Assembly: GCF_964204645.1 (NCBI RefSeq)
Contig: NC_134029.1
Coordinates: forward strand, 10,070,850-10,134,849
Source: Tubulanus polymorphus
Taxonomy: Eukaryota; Animalia; Nemertea
Direction of reading: 5' to 3'
DNA: 64,000 bases
Numbering within the stretch: the stretch's first letter is position 1; the number at the start of each line of letters is the position of its first letter. The notes under the pieces were generated by a model that was given only the letters and a program-made list of their open reading frames with translations, did no database searches and was not told the origin of the DNA. Below, piece by piece: positions 48,512 to 63,081 of this stretch. A program made the translations under genes and the position numbers.

Positions 48512-48727
48512 TATGGTGGCTGATAAGTGCCAAATCTATTAATCATTACACGACCTCGATTATTGTAAAACGCAAAACGAAACCTACCCCGCAAAATACG
48601 TATTTTAACTCGCAAAAACGAAATATAATAGCGCAAAAACGAAAATATTTGTTTTTTGCTCTATAAGTTTTTCTATAATCGAGGTCGTGTAAAAAATAAT
48701 TGCATTTGGCCCTTATCAGCCACCATA
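48512..48727. mobile_element. MITE with TAY..RTA termini and a 6-bp TSD (IS3EU-like)
   Basis: TIR TATGGTGGCTGATAAG..GCCAAAT / ATTTGGC..CTTATCAGCCACCATA; internal inverted repeat TTACACGACCTCGATTAT; flanked by GGCAAT on both sides. Confidence 0.85.
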
Positions 48728-50639
48728 GGCAATGGCTTCAGCAACTTCTAGGTTTAATCTACTGAATGGTCAAAACGAACTTATTTCGAGGACCAATGGT
48801 TGTGTAATGCATGTTATAGCGTCTTCTGAGTATTTCATGTTTCGTAGCGCTTGAGAATTGGGAACTCGTGTTTTCTCGGTGTGTTTATATAAAAAGATTT
48901 ACATTTACAGCACTGATTTTATATCGGATACGAAAAAGGATTCAAATAGTTTTCATTCGGTAGTTACAATAATTTGTGATTTCAGAATGAAATTGAATTG
49001 GTACACCACCTAATTATGAAATGAAGACGTTTCCAGTTTTTAGGTGCCATATTGTAGCGGTCCATGGAGATCCCCATTGGTGCAAAAATTGTCACGCTTT
49101 TTGAAAAGTAAGTTTAAGCATTCATTTGCTCGATGAATTTGATTCATACACCGTTTTAACACAACAATTCAAGCGAGGTGACGATGTGAAACCATGGACC
49201 ACATGTTCTAACCGTACGTAAAAAAGTGATTTAATTAATTTTGAAATATCAAAGTAGGCCTATCTGTTTAAGCTGTATTTCCTATTTTTGTCAGAAGTTT
49301 AAGACCTTTGATCTAATGATCTTAGAAGTTTAAGACGGCTTTCCCAGTCTGTCTACCCTCTAACCGAAACCTCTCTTCGCAATATATAACTCCAACCCAT
49401 ATAATGAATAGACTTTGAAAAAATGTTTCTGCAAAAACACTTCGAAACATTTTAATCTCGAATACCTGAGAGACCTGTCTCCTCAATATTCTGGGAGTTT
49501 TTCTGTACTGGTACTTCTCGAACGAGTGCCATTTTGTTGTTTGACAGTCGTCTCTTTCGATCTAGGCCTTGGTTATATTCGGCGTACTTGAATCAGTGAT
49601 ACAGAACGACGACGAGAATTATATCTGAAACCTAATCGTAATTATTTTGGATTGGTTAATTTACTTGTGATTAGAAAGACTAAATGTAGAAAAAATGTTC
49701 CATTGGAGTCGGACCAAAAAATAAAATTCAAAATCTTGTTATCTTCCTTTAATAACCTAATAGTTTTATTCGTATAAAATAAGCTTAAAACATGGAATAC
49801 CATTTCACAATTCGAAGAAATTCGATTAGAGCAGAGATTTTATCTGAAATGCGATATTTCGATTTGTTCGCGAAATTCAGCGCCGCAGTCTATATATTGA
49901 ATGTACAAATTTTGGCTGCCACATGCCGAGGCTGCTCCTTAATTTCCCGCATTCTAAGAAGAAACCTCGAAAATATGGAGAAGGCTAGATTATACCGAGT
50001 AAATTACCAATTCGGAGTGCCGAAAATCAAAATGATACTACAGTCGTTAGCTACTAGCCTAATAACTTGTTTAAAAATGTCCATCTTTAGCTGACTTTAT
50101 ATTTAAGGTTATATACTAAGAAATGTATCATTGGCCGACCTCATGAGATCTGGGGCCCACATACAGTCAATCCTAGAATATTGATTACATTGATTATAAT
50201 GATATTTGGCGTCATTCCAACTCACAATCGATCTTTTCGAAATTCCAATCCGTTCGCTTCTTCATAAAAAGCCTTTTTACAGATTTCTTGTCTACGCGAT
50301 TCGTGTAAGCGGCAGACATTCAGTTTACTCCGGTATAATTAAACGTATGTTATTTGTCTCACGCTGGCGTCCTGAATTTCGTCAACGTGAATTTACTACT
50401 CGTCCTTCTGATGGCGGTGATGATAATACAACAATTTCCTCGAAGCCTAGTAAAGCTAAACAAATCTGACATGAATAGATCAAAGTGTAATTAACTCGAA
50501 AGAGCTTTTTCGGTGGTATCAAGTTTTATGCGTTGTCGCGACAAAATGTAACTTAAATAATTAGCGTGTTTACCGAGCTTTTTGTACCATCGACCGCAAG
50601 AAATATTCAGGGAGCTACAGAAGTGGCGGCACACAATAC

Positions 50640-51006
<367 letters not shown>

Positions 51007-51309
51007 ACAACCTTGCTGCAAGTGCGACCCATCATTCGGTCTAATCGCGGCTCTCGCGGAAGGCACACGCGAGTTCGTATACGAAACAGTGGTCCTCGTT
51101 CATTCAGTCATTCATTGATCGATGTTAATAACTTCGGTAAAAGATGTAAATGAAATTGACTTGTGTGTTCATACACTTAATAAGATATAAAACTATCAGA
51201 TTCGGCAGGTGTTATAATTTTGTCAAACGTACATTTCGAATCGATAATTGTGATTTATGCAGGACGACTATTCATACGTGTCCGATTTACCGACGATTTA
51301 CTGGATAAG

Positions 51310-54300
51310 ATGTTCCTCGACGATCGGACGTTCATATTGTTTACGAATTTTATTCTGGTTCCGTCCAGCCGTCGCATACCCGGATACCTGACGTTTTTGT
51401 ACACGTGCTCGGCGACGGCCCTGTTTTTCACGTGTGTTAGTCTCGGCTTCGTGATTAAAGAAAGGACAATAACGGATATGAACAGTATCACATACCATGG
51501 GAAACCAATACACGAGGTGAGACAAAAATACCGGCCACTGCCTGGCTCCGTAATAAACACGTTAATTAACCGAAAGTGACGTTTTCATTAAGCTCGCTCC
51601 AAAATCGAATTGTCTTTAGATCTGACACACGGTTTTGAGGCTCACCTCGACTAGGTACTTGAAAAGTCGAGTGATATTCAACTTCTCTTAATTACGCTTT
51701 ACGTAGGCCTATAGTTAAACAAAAAAACAAAAGTTTAACGGAAAATGATAATCTTGAATTCCACATCTAATTTTCGATCAATGCATTCGGAAATATAGGC
51801 ACGGTCAGGGAACTGCTTGAGACAAGCTGAGACTTGTTGCTCTGAGTCCAGCGTCAAGTGGCCTGATACTTGCATCGACTAACAGCGGTATCGCAAATTG
51901 ATGATTTCTTTCTCAATTCATTTTGTAACGTAACCCAAGAAGAATTTGACATATAAACCGCTCGCATGTAAATCATAACACTTTTAATCGGCTCCTAAAT
52001 CATCAAATTATTAAAATAAGACCTCATCCTGGTCAAGCTAGGAATAATCAACATTCCGAGGAAATAATGACGACAGGTACATGCCGAGACCTATAAACAC
52101 AGCCAAAGATTCTTTCTATAGATCCATGTGTTTATGAGAGCAATTCTTGTTACACTTTCCTTTCTTTTCATGAAGACAAGTCTGGACGGTAAGAGGTTAT
52201 AAGAGTTCCTCAATTATGGGATCAAGTAGGCCAATTTTCAATAACACAACATTCCCCCATCACGTATATTCTTGTACCCTTTGGTATATACCGCTCTACA
52301 TGGAGACTTGGGCCTCTTCGCACAGAAACGGCAATGTTCTAAACAGGCCAGAAAAACGATTTGCCAGTCTAGCTCATACTTAGCTCATTTAGCCTAGAAT
52401 AGCGGCTAATTGTAGAAAATAGTCCGTAAATCAAATCTCTATACAGCCCACTACTGTATTTAGTAGTGAAGATCCGGTTCAAAGCTAGGAGGCTGGTTAA
52501 ATGAAGCTGTAAAAATGTCTCGGCTTCAAGTTATGTTTGACAGTCGTATTTTTGTTATAATGGACTATCAAAGGGTTTGATCGAAAGTGTAAATATATCC
52601 ATATGTTCATTTTAGATTTTTCATCGGGTTATATTCCACAGATTATCATTTCACGTGTTTTTCATTTTTTTCATTACGCAATGTTATGCAATACGAGAAG
52701 CCTATCTGTCAGAGTACGTACATCGACGAAAGACTGTTTTTTCGCTTTCTCTCAGTCGGTAGATTGTTATGTCGATTGAACGTATCGACATCATCAGTAA
52801 ATCAGGTGGCATTCTCCATCGAAAATTCTATCAGAACCTGTCCAACGAAGCACCTCTACCAGGTAAACAAGACCGTAGATTTTCAAGTTTAGACGATAAT
52901 CACAGCTTTTCCGCGTGAAGAAAAACAGCACCGTATAACACACGTGTTGCGTCTCGAACGTCTATAAAGACCGATTGTCTTCGAACTCTTATATATTTCT
53001 TATTTTATTTACGCCTCGCAGGTGTTTAAGAGGTGTGCTTGCCAGGGTAAACTTCAGTTTGATATTGAATCTGTCCGGTCTTGAAGTTAGGGGATATAGT
53101 CTCCCGCGTATTCGTTTGATTAAATCTTGAAATCAACTATAGATTCAAGTTTGAACTTCATATTGTTTGGACGCTGAACTCTGAATTTACGTGTGGCACA
53201 AAAATGGATGGGGGGCATATTCAGGATGTAACGAAATTAATCCCCAGATTATCGGCGTACGCACTGCCAGATTTTATCTCGAACCGTCCGAGATTACTCC
53301 GGGGTGATCGAGTGCGTGCAGGGTGGTACGTGTGGGTCCTTCTGAGAAGGTGAACTGCAATTAATATCGGTAGCCAACGCTGTTTGCGCCGTCAGATTGA
53401 CTTGAACAAGACGACAGAAATCACATTAAAACTGAATATTTACTAACTAAGAAAACAAAAGCCTATATCAGCCCTATAATTCCACTCAAGTGCCCCCCGT
53501 TATAAACGAGAACTAGACATACAATCGGACTTACGGAAATCGCCGAATGATTTCGCTTTAATTGTCCTTTTATCGAAAAGAAGCAATGTGCGGTGTTGTT
53601 ACCGTATTATAATCGAGTTATGATGTAGGTTTTATGACCTGTGTTTATTAGTTGTACAGGCGGTGCGGTCCTTCTGTTGTGATAACTCGATAAAAAGTGA
53701 ATACTTAAGGATTCCAATCCAACCGACTATGTGCATTTTCTTATAGTCAAGTCAAAAAGACTATAGCTATGGCAATAGAAATGTGTCGTGTAGCCTTCTG
53801 TCAGATACTCTGATTTGTATCAACCATTCCGTGAAAATAGACCATGAAATTCATCGTCATTAAGATTCATAGATAAGGAATCTTTGTTGAAAGGATACGA
53901 TAAGAAATGATAATTTTTACATTTAGATATAAGTCTGCTCCCATATTCTTCGATCACTGTTGATAGGTGTTTTAGGATTTAAGACAAACGACAGCTCCTC
54001 CGTTGTTGGTCTTTCTATTTCAATGAAATCATTTCATTGTCACTCACCTCACAAATTCTAATCCAAAGCTATAAAGCTGTAAATCCATGGTATAGTGGCT
54101 GATCTTCGGCCCATTTGAAAAAAAATACGTTTGACACTCAATCTCTACTAATTTAACGTCATTTCGTAATTCATTTTTTTGTAAATATTGCTGATGATAT
54201 TGCTAACTAATTTCTAATATCGTGAAAAAACCTTTTAACTATCGACATACCTTCTGTCGGAGTTTACTTTCTTTTTAATCATTAATAGGCAAACCTTTTT

Positions 54301-57300
54301 AAGCAAATCAATCAATGCTCTTTATGATGATAGCTATAGCATTTAATCAGGTATTAGAACATGCCCGAATTAAACCGAAATATGCGCATGAATATTAACA
54401 CTTGGGAGGTATTCGCTGAACGTTGAAACAGTAAGCGGACAAGGTGTATACGAGGATGGTTCCAGATGGCGAATTAATAAGCCTTATATAAGTCAACGAT
54501 TTACAGATGCAGATAAAAAACCCATTTCGTCTGCTCCCAGCGGTGTGGCGAGATGGCGTCAAGCTTAGAGAATATACATAACCCCGGTGCAAAACGACAG
54601 GAGTCACAAAATGCAGTATCACGAACGGTCGGTATTAATGAATGCGTGTAAAATCATTACTTAGAGATCGAACGATCATCATTTCGCCGCATAAAAAGCT
54701 GAGCAATGATTTCACTGAAACAAATGTATATATATTATTATCATTTATTCATTACCAAAGTCATACAAACTTTTATGGTGGATATATCCACGTACAAAGG
54801 AATATAATATACACGTAAAACACCGATATCAAACATAATATCAGACAGTACAATGCAGGTATTATTAGCTTTTTCAGACATATCGGAAGGATCTATTTAA
54901 AAATGATTTCATACAATCCTGGAGTTTAAAAGTTCTTAATGCAATAAATTTAAAAAACACTAGGCCTTTTCCAGTAAAATCTCGGTACGTATATGTCTCC
55001 TCCTAATAGAGCTGAAAAAAGAACAGATCATTATATGATGAAATTCATCTTCAATTTCTAGCAAGTTATGGTTTTCGCAGAATCAATCTTTCATTCTTTG
55101 GTATGGGGGGTTCGTCCATCTCGCTGTTTCCACTTTATGATTTCTAGTTTGAAGTTCGATGTACTGGTGAATTGGCTAAATTGGCCCATGCATCTAACTA
55201 CTACTAATACTGTTCTTAAGTGGAGATATTCAGAGCAATCATATATTATTATCTTCCTCTTGAAGTCATTCATTTCTTCACCTGTAACTGAGAAATACTT
55301 TCGACGGGATATGATATAGAAAATATTCGTATATACGTGCACGGGGACTGGTTGGCGGAAGAATGGAATTTTAAATGCGGTAGGGAGAAGCGCCTGCTCA
55401 GGCCATAACTCTCAGCCGCGACACGCTTCGATGCATTCATCGACGTTCCGTAACGGAGAGTGTCATTTTTAGCTACCGTATACACGCGATGTTTAGTCAA
55501 AAAGCCTCGGTAGTTTCGACTTCGGCCGAGATTCCCGGAGTGTATTGTACACTCGTTTAAATAAACGCGATGAAAGTTTGTTTAAAAACGACGTTTTTCA
55601 CATTTCCGGGAGGCCGAGATTTTCTACCGCATAGTCGTGTGTATGTTATCTTTTCGACGTATCGTAATTACGGTTTGTAAACAAGTCAACACCGCAAAGT
55701 AATTGTTGCGAGACAATCCGTGTAAAAAATCATCGCGCACGATGGTTCGTATCAAACATTCTGTACAGATATGATACTTTTACTATTTACAATTATCGGA
55801 GCCGAATTACATAACAAACCACTCAACAACGAAAACTAATTGGCCAATAACAATATCCGTGATCCCAACAAAATTACTGGCAATGAAAGCAGACTAAACA
55901 ATTCGGTAAAAATCCAGTAATATGCTGTTGATTGAATCTTCGGATTCCGAGGTTTTCCAATTTTTCATTTTTACGATGTCTTCCCTCTTCAATCGCTGGT
56001 TCCCGAATGTAAAAGATGACTTTATTACTGTGTTGATGGATATTGAACCATTCAAATTCAAGGTACACAATCTCGTCGATGAGAAAGTTCTCATCGACGA
56101 GATTTTTTGCTAGAAAAATGTAATGGCCAGTTTATGAAACGACAATTATTTCTTTCATTCACTGTAAACACCTTAAGCCTTATTTGTAGCCACAGATTTG
56201 AAGAAGAAAGTGGAAATACTCAGCACACCGGGATATTTCACTTTCAAAAAGTAGTTTGTATATGTTCGTTGCGCCCTCTGCTATGATGCTATTTTCATTT
56301 TTTGTTTGCTCTTGAATAAAATCGTGTTGCCCAGAATGCGCGGCTTGATAAAAGCAGTAAGTTCGTAAAAACGTAAGTCGAAAATAAGTAGCTCTCTACA
56401 TTCTCGGTTTTTTCTCTCTAGTTTTCTACGGCGCAAAGCTTACAAAATTACCACCACTATATCGTGGCTTTTGTGAACGTTCGGTTAAGGATACAATTAT
56501 ATAATTCAGCGGTTTGAGATTGAACACACTTCCCACTCCCGTTGTTTTGGGATTAGTGGTTTATAAAAAGTAGGTCTTCGCACTTTACGCTACACTACCC
56601 GATTTCAGATGGGACTCTACTCCCCATTTAAACAACGCACATTCATTTGTAGTGTGTTATCTTCAGCTCAACAATTATTTGTTTCTAGTTGCTCGGGGAG
56701 ATTTCTATTTCCCATTACACATTGCGATCGTTGCTGGACTTTAAATAAGGAAAATAATTCACCTAGGTGTTTTCACTTGTAAATACTAATGCAAATGTAT
56801 AATATAATTAGTTAAGAGGAAGAAAGTGGCGTTGGATACTTCTTCCACGTTAGCTCTACCCATAAAGAAATCTAAGTATATGGCCAGATGAGATGGTGAG
56901 AAATGAATTAGTTTGTGATCTTTTAAATTCTGTACATAGCGTATTATCTGTATTATCTAGTGTATTATCTGTTTTACACGCCAGATTGGCTAACGGTCAG
57001 ACTCGCTTAACTGTTATCAGTTGAATCCGGATTTCGATCTAATCTGGATACTATTCAAGGTCCACCTATAAAATGTATATACAATGTGATATATATTTGA
57101 TACAGACTTTTTATAACCGGATTACGTCCACTGGTCTTAAGTTATCTATCATTTCTAACGAAATAAGCGGGTTCTACTCTATCGACTATAATTCCACAAA
57201 TTTAGATCAGTTTTTGGTGGCACCAGCTGCCTACGGTTAAGTCTCATAATCCCATTTAAGCTCTTCAAGAAACCCCACGTATCCATAAAACAGATGAAAA

Positions 57301-60300
57301 AGATTTCTGCATGGTGGTGGCAATTCGTAGAAACGCCAATATCATTTATGTTCTTTTAGGTAAAGGTCACTAGTGCCATTGAGAAGGTTGTAGCATCGAT
57401 AATGACAATAACACCCATCGATGCTACAGTTATTTCAATCTCTTTTTCCAGGTTCACTTGAAAGCCATTCCAGTATCGATGATTCAGGAGAAAATCAGAA
57501 CAAGTGATAATTACCGCGATATATTCCGATTGTTTCTCTTAGATCAGAATATACCTGATCACATCATCGACGAACTAATTGCTGCCAGATCGTACCAGTC
57601 TCTGTTTCCGAGCTACGGAAATTTTGAATTGTCAAACGATATTCAGGCTCCTATGAATCCAGGTATTTATATCATATTTCAATGTACATTGTTATTGGGT
57701 CCATAAAGAAAGACTACGCTACATGTGCGTGCGAGTTTGTATGTGCGTGTGTCTGCCGTGAGTGGCGCACTCCCTATTTTCGGCGGAGTGACCTTGGAAT
57801 TTTCTACCAAAGACTTTGTTTAGAAAATGGTTAAATTGTGAACATATTTCATTACGCTCAGAATGCATCTAATCTTTCAAAATTTTCTGGTGGAGCATAC
57901 CCAGGCCCCGCCTCATAAGTAGCACCCAGGTAAGTAGTGTGCACCCCCTTTTCAGAAAAGCTAAGATCCACCCCGCGATATTCCCATGCTATATATACAA
58001 ATATTCATATTCTTATTCCTATACTTTCTATATATCTTTAAACTCTGGAATTCAATATTCACCGTGATACTTTTAGAAAGAGCACATTCTAAAGTCGACC
58101 GATTCTCTTTCCTCAGATGCAGCTTTCAAGCATTTACAAGAAATGATGATTCAGTCGCAGTGTCACATACCGCAGCCAGAATGCATCCAAATTCAAAATA
58201 TCGCCCAGACATCAAGTGTATATTATATGCCTAAATGTACGATGGTATACCGGTGTTCCGACACAACGGGCTGCTGCCCAGAGGGATTTAAGTGCGGTCC
58301 AGTCAAAATAGAACAGATCACACGCCATTTCTTTGTAAGTATATTTGTAACGGTTGGGCTGGTTGTCAACTGCAGAAACTGCAATCTCAATTAGGGCTCC
58401 AGAACCGGTAGGGTTCGAGAACCGGTTCAGTCTCAGAGTTTGAATACGTGTCGATATCGTTACATTGGTAACGTTCTTTTTCCTATTGAGCGCTGACAAG
58501 CCTACCTCAACGCAACTGACGTGGAGACCAAGGGGGGTAAGCAAAGATCCATTCTCAGATATACCGATACAACTTTTTTCTAAGTTGGGTAACGATAGCT
58601 GTATGCGATAAAAGAGGGTTTTAACACGCGTTACGAAGCCTCACAAGCCTTATTATTGATATATTAATCATTTGACTTTTTTTTCACGGTGACTCCAAAA
58701 CACTGAGAATTGTTGACAAATATTTCTTACACAACAACACAGCGCCATCCAGTCATAATACGCAGTTATTTTCGATTCGTCATTGCTCTGGTGAGCTGTA
58801 CCGCGCTAAACGATTAATGCTGATTTTTGCAATTTCGTCGAATTGCTATAACTCACAGTAAGTTCTTCAATACTCCAGTCACGGACCATACGACGATTAA
58901 CCATAATTATTCCAGTCAACCGTTCGTGCCAGGAATCAATATAGTGCCATTTATAGTGCCATCGGTTCGCTTTCGATACAAAAGAATGAAAAAACGACAC
59001 CTGCGCGAAGGCGATATCAAACTAATGTATATATTGGTCACCAAGATCGTCCCTGTAAACACGGCTTTTTAAGATCCCGTATGACATCAATTACCACGGC
59101 TAATTACATTTTTTGTTTTCAAAGCGAATTGAATCAAACCACTCAGGACGTTTTTTACAGCCGCGATTACACGGAGGTGATTTGGCCCGGGGCAAATTGG
59201 CACGGATCAGACTCGAACAAAATTTTCACCAAGAATCTTAATGTCCGACCACAGTTTTTTGCATGGGATCATAGGGCGATAGCTGTGGAAACAACCACTA
59301 CCAGGATTGAAATTTGGTTCAAGCCCAATTAGAAAGCAAACCACACTCACTCGATACTAAGCGATGCTCAAACAAAGCGAAGTGATTTCTGGAACCAGTT
59401 GCTATTCAAACGCAATCAGTCCCGTGCAAAGATTTGGCTCAGGCCTGGTCCGACGTTTTTGGTAGGGCCAAATTTGGCCCTGGCCAATAAGGTGTGATCG
59501 CGGCTTATACTGAAGGGCCTACGAAGATGAGTTCATTCCAATTTGCGAAAATAGAAAATCATTCCTCCATTCATTGCTAGTATTTCTATATAATCCGAGG
59601 CGAATGTTTTTCTGAAACCAACTAAGAATAGAAAACTTACGGTGCTGACATGCAAATCTTGAAGGGAAAAGAAAAATTGATTGAATTCTCGTTCAAGTTC
59701 TTGTAATAACATAAGAGAGTGTGTTACTAATTTCATAAGATTAAGTATAAAGTATATCTAGGCATTACATACCTGTTTATAGATATTCAACTGGTTACTG
59801 AAATCACAAGAGCCACCATTTGAGAGAGTGCTTGTATACTTGACATGGCCATGTAGATTCGATACAAGGGCCAATTTCATAAGAAAATACCCATCGTTGC
59901 CATTTAACCCTTAAGGTTAGATATTTTAACTCGTGTTAAATATTTTGAAATTCGCAATCTTCCATTTTACAATTGGATACCTGCAGAGGTTTTATTTTCA
60001 TCAGTCGGATCCAAAGGTTTAATTGGTAATTTTTGCAATGATTTTGCATTCACTGAATTAACTATATAGTCGATATAGTTATCATGCCGTGGACGCACTA
60101 AATCAAGAGTGCCGCCCCTTATTAGGGCCAACATAGGCTATATTGCTATATTGCTACCCACTTGGGACTTAAGAAACATTTTTGAAGTTTTCAAGAGAAA
60201 GTTTGAAGACGCTTCAATCAATTATCTTGAGCTTTTATACATGTTTGTATCCCCAAGGCTCATCAACATTAAGAAAAATTGATATAAATAAAGATATAAA

Positions 60301-63081
60301 TACCGATACTGTATTCTCGATAATTCAATTACTGAAATCATTGCGTACATCTCATTCAATAGCTCAAAAAGTAGTTCTTCATATGCACTAATGCCGTATC
60401 AGACTTTGGCCCATTTCTGTGGGAAAATTTCTTTCGAGGAATCGTCTTCCATGGTAGATTTGTGTCAAAGCCCAGGGGTCAGAAGCATTTTTACTCCAAA
60501 TATGGTCTTAGATCATTATGACCGATTTCAGGTCGACAGATTGGCTTTAGAATTAACTTGATGTAATGGTCAAATATCGGTTAACAAAACAATTCGCTAC
60601 AACAGAACGAAGTCGTGAACTCGAGAATAGATAGTAAAAATGCAAGATGTGATGAAAATATAGGGAATGAACAATGAATTTAGTGACAAAATTATGATGT
60701 CTCATGTAAACGTTCGTACAAAATAAACTCTCACTTCCCCTCTTCTACTTAAGTTTCTTTCATTCAATATCATTAATTTCTGTCTATTTTTCATTATTTC
60801 GTTTTAGGCTTTAAACTACGTGGCAAAGGGCCGTGGTTCGAATACTGTGCTCCCACCAGAAGATTTCATTGAAACGTTTACATTCGAAAACCACACTGAA
60901 TGTGGATGCCAAGCGCTGAAAGACGCTGAAATAGGCAGGTATGTTGTTAAAGCGCACTGATTACACTTGGAGTGCGTGCGCTCTATAAGAAAATAGATTA
61001 TCAATAAATCATTATTAGAATATAAATCCCTGCGCGTGCACAAGTTGCAGCCGCAAAATATTTCGGTAATAATTTCAGGAGCTATATCTGATAACCATGG
61101 TGGCTGATTCGGGCCATACTAAAAAAATTTTCTGTACGGCTAAAGCAGCGATAAAAATTTTTCACATTGGCCCGTTTTTTGGTTTTCTCGCGCGAGAATT
61201 CAAAACTTTTGGTTTTCTCGCGCGAGAATTCAAAAAATTCTGGTTTTCTCACGCGAGAATTCAAAAAGTTTGGTTTTCTTGCGCGAGAATTCAAAACTTT
61301 TGGTTTTCTCGCGCGAGAACCAAAAGTTTTGAAATCTCGCGCGAGAAAACCAAACTTTTTGAATTCTCGCGCGAGAAAACCAAAAGTTTCGAATTCTCGC
61401 GCGAGAAAACCAAAAAAGGGCCACTGTGAAAATTTGTTTATCGTTGCTCTAGCCGTACAGAAAATTGTTTTATTATGTCCCGAATCAGCCACCATAGATA
61501 ACGGATTCTAATTTATAAATTTCGTTTTGACACACACCTTGCTTAAAAATATCTCCTAAGAATCAAAGTTCTTAGTTTCTTTTTCAGAATATCTGAGATA
61601 TATATGCCCTTTAGGCATACTGATCAAAATTGTTGCCCTAAGTCAGTAATTTGACATTGTTTGTTGCATCAAACCGGCACCCTTCAACACTATACTAATG
61701 ATTCTTTAAAGTTTGAACCATTATTGACTTAAACTATTTACGCAGCGCGCGAACTGCTGATCGAAAATCTTAAGCCGTCATTAAATGAATTACGAAGACT
61801 TGGAACGACAATAGCCGATATGTAGTCAAACATGACGACAAAACCTCATCGACTTAGCAAATGAAATAATTTGAATTCAATCGGGACAACTTAAGTATTC
61901 GTCATTCAATTCACACCATGGTCGACGAAATTTGATAACTAAAATGCCACGGAATTTGAAATGGTGTTTACCGAGATTCGTGTACTCATTGGGTCGACAC
62001 CTCTGTGCACTATCAATATCCCTGGTCGGCTTTCGGCACTTTTAGTGTTAATACGATATATCAACTCATCTTTATATGAAGAGAGTGGGCACTACCAAGG
62101 GCCGTACAGTGCTGAAGGAGTTAAGCCCCACAGATATCTTGTAAAATTGCCCATATTGCAAATATTACGGCTATATCCAATATGATTGCCTCCCTCGGGT
62201 TTGTCTGCCCCCCCCCCCCCCGCCCCCAAAAAATCAAATCAAATGCTAGGCACGGCCGTGCACTTATAGTACGTAGTATATCTGAATTGTTTTATTTATC
62301 TTCATAGATGTGTAAAATGTCCGTTTCCGTACGTATTGACGAAGGGAGCCCCATTCTGTGACTGCGACTGCCATCGTGACGACACCCATTGTCGCCGTGT
62401 GAAATTAGGCCAGTCTACATTCACCGAGGATGCGTTGGTGTAAGTATATGACCCCCAGTTGATTGACTGACCATCCCTGTTATGATCGTTGTCACCCGAC
62501 AGTGGAAATTGAACTAACCGCAGTGCGGTTACCCTGATCGGGTTAGTTTTGTCCTGAAACCGAATGTACGCTGGAAGCAGGTATTGCCCTTTCACTTAAT
62601 CAAAAGGCTGCCATATAGCAATCGTTTAGCCAACTATGTCTGGAACAGTGTAGAATAAGTTGAATTTCTAATGCGCCTTTAAACTCATGCTCCATCTGAC
62701 GGAATCCCTCCGTACCGTACTATGAATAGGTTTACGAACCTTTAATTTTGTAGGTGTATCAAAGTGGAAGAATGTCATTTACCTGTGTGCGAATATGGTG
62801 AATTCGACATGGAAAGCATCAGAATCGGGAAATGCCCGTCGAATTCCCAAATGAAGGACAAGGTCGCAGATTTCAGCGGGAACTCGCTCACTGAACTGCC
62901 ATTTATGGACGACGATACCGAAAATAACGATTACTTTCAGAACGATGCCCCAAAAATCCCGTTTCCAAAACCGACGAAACCACCGCAATATGGGGCCCCG
63001 AAAATCGAAACAGTGCATTTTGCGATATCGAAAAAAGTCTCGGACAGGAGTCGTAGTACATCGAAACCTCCATGGGGCTAG
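51310..63081 (+). CDS. Pvf: PDGF/VEGF-family growth factor (Pvf-like), 6 coding exons, ~408 aa
   Basis: Exons 51310-51516 (hydrophobic leader, least certain), 57452-57662, 58117-58334, 60808-60938, 62308-62439 and 62754-63081; phases are consistent, total 1227 nt. Cystine-knot motif CHIPQPEC..YMPKCTMVYRCSDTTGCC..C..ENHTECGC, followed by a Cys-rich C-terminal region (CVKCP..CDCDC..C..C..C..C..CP). Confidence 0.88.
59159..59505. mobile_element. MITE with short TIRs in Pvf intron 3
   Basis: AGCCGCGATTACAC ... GTGTGATCGCGGCT, with subterminal TTGGCCC/GGGCCAAA motifs; no clear TSD. Confidence 0.65.
61096..61496. mobile_element. MITE of the same terminal family (IS3EU-like) with internal inverted 30-bp tandem repeats, in Pvf intron 4
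   Basis: Long TIRs CATGGTGGCTGATTCGGG.. / ..CCCGAATCAGCCACCATA; TSD GATAAC on both sides; arrays of TTTGGTTTTCTCGCGCGAGAATTCAAAACT that flip orientation at the centre. Confidence 0.88.

Noticed and set aside
55874-56113. Overlapping short ORFs in Pvf intron 1 as a transposase or gene fragment
   Set aside because: No convincing motif or splice context.
61082-61511. CRISPR-like array and repetitive ORFs
   Set aside because: The 30-bp units are contiguous with no unique spacers, no cas genes are present, and the array lies inside a TIR element with a TSD.
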